Source: Candidatus Micrarchaeota archaeon (lineage in GTDB: Archaea; Micrarchaeota; Micrarchaeia; Micrarchaeales; CABMGC01). From it: 38,026 nucleotides of DNA. Where the stretch lies: the NCBI GenBank assembly GCA_027449585.1, contig DAIDLJ010000003.1, positions 1 through 38,026 of the forward strand, read 5' to 3'. Shown piece by piece: positions 34,643 to 38,026 of the stretch. Every line of letters begins with the position of its first letter. The first letter of the stretch is position 1. The notes under the pieces are model-generated. The model was not told the origin of the DNA, searched no databases, and saw only the letters and a program-made list of their open reading frames with translations. Made by a program: the position numbers and the translations under genes.

Positions 34643-35989
34643 TTATTCTATGTATTGCAGCGTGTTAGTGCTCCCTGCATGGTTTGGTGAGCCTGATACT
34701 ACTATGTACCTCTTTATCCCGCGACTTGCTGCAACCTCCTTTACAAGGCGCAGCATCTTGTCAACGCTGCCATACCCCCTTATCTCTCCGCTGCGCACGC
34801 CGTAGAACATGTTAAGCATTCTCCTCACCTTTGGAGACCTGCTCAGGGCTATTATGTTTGAACTCGGCCTTAGGGCTGAGAGCTTCATGGCCGTGCTGCC
34901 GGTCTGCGTAGGCGCAAATATGCAATCGGTCTTGTAGTTGTCGGCTATCTCTGCGGCTGCGAATGTGATGCTGTCGCTTATCCCGCCGATCTTAAAGCTC
35001 TGATTCCTGCTTGACATCTCCTCGGCGCCCTTCGCCGTGGCTGCAAGAGTCCTTACGGCCTCGACCGGATAGCTGCCTACGGCAGTCTCTTCGCTGAGCA
35101 TTACGCAGTCCGCGCCGCCCATTACCGCGCCTGCTATGTCGTTGACCTCTGCGCGCGTGGGCATTGGGCTATTGACCATACTTGCAAGCATCTGCGTTGC
35201 CACTATGACTGGCTTGTGGTGCTTCATTGATGAGCGTATTATCTTCGCCTGGGCTATTGGAATCCTCTCTACAGGTATCTCAAATGCAAGGTCTCCCCTT
35301 GCGACCATTATGCCATCGGCCTGCGCGGCTATCTCATCGATGTTCTTCACGGCTTCGGCGCGCTCTATCTTGGCCACTATGAACAGCTCTCCGGCCGCCT
35401 TCCTCATCCTAAGTATGTTTTCAGCCGACCTGACAAATGAGAGGCCTATAAAGTCGAAATTGTTTTTCTTGGCAAACTTTGCAAGCTTCACATCCTCTGG
35501 CGTTGGTGGTGCCGCAGTGACATTTCCGTTTCTTATGTTTATGCCCTTCCTGCTCTGCAGCATGCCAGAATTCATGGCCCTGCATATTATGTCGCCTTTA
35601 CTGAGCTTCTTTATGCTAAAACTCATGTATCCGTCCCCTATTGATATGCTAGAACCGGTTGTAAGATAAGGGTAAATATCATGGTCCAGTGGAATCCGTC
35701 CCTCGGAAGGCCTGCCGTACCTGAAAGTCACGGTCTCTCCCTTCTTGACGCTTATCTCCTTCTCCAGAGAGCCAAGCCTTATCTTGGGGCCGGGAAGGTC
35801 TGCAAGAAGTGAGACCTCCTTGCCTTGAATCCTTGATACGCTAAGTATGTTATCGACAGCATCAAGCCAGGACTCCGTGCTTCCATGTGAAAAGTTTATA
35901 CGGAATACGTCTACGTGAGGGACGATCTTTGAAAGCACAGGCCTGCGCTCTATCCCTGGCCCGTAGGTGGCGATTATTTTTGTCTTCAT
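34643..35989 (-). CDS. pyk: Pyruvate kinase
   Basis: KTKIIAT.GP, FRINFSHG, DLPGPKIR, AKIE, DGIMVARGDL, ATQML.SM..PTRAEV.D, DCVMLSEETAVG.YP. Confidence 0.97.
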   Translation of the reverse strand: MKTKIIATYGPGIERRPVLSKIVPHVDVFRINFSHGSTESWLDAVDNILSVSRIQGKEVSLLADLPGPKIRLGSLEKEISVKKGETVTFRYGRPSEGRIPLDHDIYPYLTTGSSISIGDGYMSFSIKKLSKGDIICRAMNSGMLQSRKGINIRNGNVTAAPPTPEDVKLAKFAKKNNFDFIGLSFVRSAENILRMRKAAGELFIVAKIERAEAVKNIDEIAAQADGIMVARGDLAFEIPVERIPIAQAKIIRSSMKHHKPVIVATQMLASMVNSPMPTRAEVNDIAGAVMGGADCVMLSEETAVGSYPVEAVRTLAATAKGAEEMSSRNQSFKIGGISDSITFAAAEIADNYKTDCIFAPTQTGSTAMKLSALRPSSNIIALSRSPKVRRMLNMFYGVRSGEIRGYGSVDKMLRLVKEVAASRGIKRYIVVSGSPNHAGSTNTLQYIE

Positions 35990-36060
35990 GGAATCGAACG
36001 TTCAGATATTGAAAAGGAATATTTAAAAACAAGCAGAGCGGGTTTGACATTTGATGTAGA

Positions 36061-36600
36061 TCAGTATATTATCAGGGATGATATCCGGTGGCTTCCCAGC
36101 CTGAGGCGCCCTTTTAGGGCGGAGAGTTCGACTATGAAGGCAAAGCCAGCAACATTTGCGCCAAGGCTCGTTATCAGGTCTGCAGCGGTGCTTGCGGTGC
36201 CTCCTGTGGCAAGGAGATCGTCGACGACAAGGACGTTGCTCCCCTTCTCCACCGAGTCCTTGTGGATCTCTATTGTCTCAGCGCCATATTCCAGCGTATA
36301 GGTCTTGCCGATCTTGTCGAACGGCAGCTTGCCCTTCTTCCTTATCGGTATGAACCCCTTTCCAAGCTTGTATGCCAGGGCGGATGCAATTATGAAACCC
36401 CTTGCTTCTATCCCAGATATGTAATCAAAGCGGTAATCGGATATGGAGTCCGCAAGCATGTCTATTGATTTCGAGAATGCGTCGCCGTCCTTGAGCAGGG
36501 GCGTTATGTCCCTGAATGTTATTCCCGGCTTTGGATAATTAGGTATTGCCCGTATCCTTGAGCCTATCACTGATTGCGCATCGTAGGTTTTATCAGGCAT
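36061..36600 (-). CDS. apt: Adenine phosphoribosyltransferase
   Basis: YPKPGITFRDITPLL, GIEARGF, RKKGKLP, YTLEYG, PRPP motif VVDDLLATGGT. Confidence 0.96.
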   Translation of the reverse strand: MPDKTYDAQSVIGSRIRAIPNYPKPGITFRDITPLLKDGDAFSKSIDMLADSISDYRFDYISGIEARGFIIASALAYKLGKGFIPIRKKGKLPFDKIGKTYTLEYGAETIEIHKDSVEKGSNVLVVDDLLATGGTASTAADLITSLGANVAGFAFIVELSALKGRLRLGSHRISSLIIY

Positions 36601-36760
36601 AGGATTAGCTTTTGATTAAAGATTATTTATAACTTTCTAATTCCTTCCAATTCTCCGATCCCCTTATAAATTTCCAGTGCGTTGGTGTGCGGCAATAGCC
36701 GATGCACATCTGCCTGTTATAAATACATTTTATGAGTTGTATGGCTTGAAGGTCTTTCCC

Positions 36761-38002
36761 ATGAAGCTCTTATTCGTGATACTTGACGGCGCTGCGGACA
36801 GGGCAGATGATGCACTTGGAGGGCTGACTCCGCTTCAGGCGGCAAAAATGCCGAATTTGAGGCAGCTGGCATCCGGGTCGGTCAAGGGCATAATGAACCC
36901 GATAGGACAGGGAATAGCGCCAGAGTCCGATGCCGCGGTATTCTCGATACTTGGATATGAGATGTCTTCCTACACCGGAAGAGGGCCGCTCGAGGCTTTT
37001 GGGGCAGGTTTGAAGGTGACGGAGAGGTCGGTTGCATTCAGATGCAATTTTGCAACGATAAACCAAAGCAGGGAGATAATCGACAGGCGCGCAGGCAGGA
37101 TAGACACCCGCGATGCCAAGTCACTGCAGAAGGAGATATCTGAAATAGACCTTGGGATTGAGGGAGTACGATTCAGGTTCAAGTCTACTGTCGGACATAG
37201 GGGAGTGTGCGTATTTTACAGCAGGAGAAAGGATCTATCTTCAAACGTCTCAAATGCAGATATAGGATACGTTAGGAAAGGCAGCATATCGGTAGCCGAA
37301 GAGGCCTCCAGCAAGTTGCTGCCAAAAGTGGTCGCGCTCGACGATTCGAAGGCTGCAGCAAACACTGCAATGATAGTTAACACTTTCATAGACAAGGCTA
37401 TCGAGAAGCTCTCCGGCTCGCAGACCAACGCAGCGAGGGAAAGTGCGGGGCTGCTTAAAGCAAATGCCATACTCTTAAGAGACGCGGGCATGGGGCTGCC
37501 GTCGGTTAAGACGTTCGAGGAGAAGACCGGACTCAACTCCGCATTCCTTGCGGAGATGCCTGTCGAGATGGGCATAGCAAAAGCACTAGGCATGGATCCT
37601 ATAAAAATAAGTAAGATAAAGAACAGGAAGAGGAGATATAGGGCAATGGCCCAGCTGGTAAACGAAAACGCTGGCAGATATGATTTCATATACGTCCACA
37701 TAAAGGGTCCGGATGAGCCAGGGCACGACGGCGATGCCAAGCTCAAGAAAAGGATACTTGAAGAGATAGACGAAGGATTCTTTGCAGGAATAAAGGACCT
37801 CAAGACAGACTTGTGTGTCACGTGCGATCACTCTACGCCGTGCCAAATTAAGGCGCATTCTTCGGATCCTGTTCCGGTTATGCTTAGGCGGCAAAATTCA
37901 AATAAGCATGACGAGATGCAATTTGATGAATCGATAGACGGACTTGGGAGCCTTGGTGTCATGGACGGAAACGAGCTTGTCGACAGGATATTGAAGAGAT
38001 AA
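36761..38002 (+). CDS. apgM: 2,3-bisphosphoglycerate-independent phosphoglycerate mutase (archaeal type)
   Basis: ILDGAAD, TPLQAA..PN, PESD.A, YTGRGPLEA.G, FRCNFAT, DRRAGRI, HIKGPDEPGHDG, CDHSTP...HS.DPVP. Start reassigned to ATG 36761. Confidence 0.95.
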   Translation: MKLLFVILDGAADRADDALGGLTPLQAAKMPNLRQLASGSVKGIMNPIGQGIAPESDAAVFSILGYEMSSYTGRGPLEAFGAGLKVTERSVAFRCNFATINQSREIIDRRAGRIDTRDAKSLQKEISEIDLGIEGVRFRFKSTVGHRGVCVFYSRRKDLSSNVSNADIGYVRKGSISVAEEASSKLLPKVVALDDSKAAANTAMIVNTFIDKAIEKLSGSQTNAARESAGLLKANAILLRDAGMGLPSVKTFEEKTGLNSAFLAEMPVEMGIAKALGMDPIKISKIKNRKRRYRAMAQLVNENAGRYDFIYVHIKGPDEPGHDGDAKLKKRILEEIDEGFFAGIKDLKTDLCVTCDHSTPCQIKAHSSDPVPVMLRRQNSNKHDEMQFDESIDGLGSLGVMDGNELVDRILKR

Positions 38003-38026
38003 GATAGAATATTGAAGGGATAAAAT

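Noticed and set aside
567-37894. Numerous overlapping antisense or alternate-frame ORFs in the track (e.g. 1715-2365, 6500-7093, 19030-19752, 37216-37821)
   Set aside because: They are shadows of well-supported genes, with Ser-rich antisense composition and no motifs.
1-38026. CRISPR array, IS element, integrase or provirus
   Set aside because: No regularly spaced repeats and no transposase, recombinase or capsid-like ORFs were recognised.

Overview
This is an archaeal chromosomal window, densely coded, with no CRISPR array, transposase or integrase. The gene content (eS26, eL21, Rpo4, aEF-1beta, Sec61beta, archaeal ArgRS, FtsZ, PolX-PHP, Rad50, gdhA, pyk, apgM, three intron-less tRNAs) suggests a DPANN archaeon, most plausibly Micrarchaeota; this assignment is an inference. 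Accessory genes lie among the housekeeping genes: three tandem paralogues of unknown function, a RavA/ViaA-like MoxR-VWA pair, a DUF1861/GT108-like enzyme, an Sm-like protein, two related GNATs and two ankyrin proteins. Four observations stand out. (1) An apparently intact TATA-binding protein gene encodes only ONE TBP repeat. (2) A 24-bp promoter (23/24 identical, same 30-bp offset to the ATG) is shared by the RavA-ViaA operon and the ankyrin operon 15 kb away, and three of these four proteins share a basic C-terminal tail motif. (3) The unknown triplet family is diverged but intact. (4) Several genes appear to use non-canonical start codons. All calls are by motif recognition; no searches were run.
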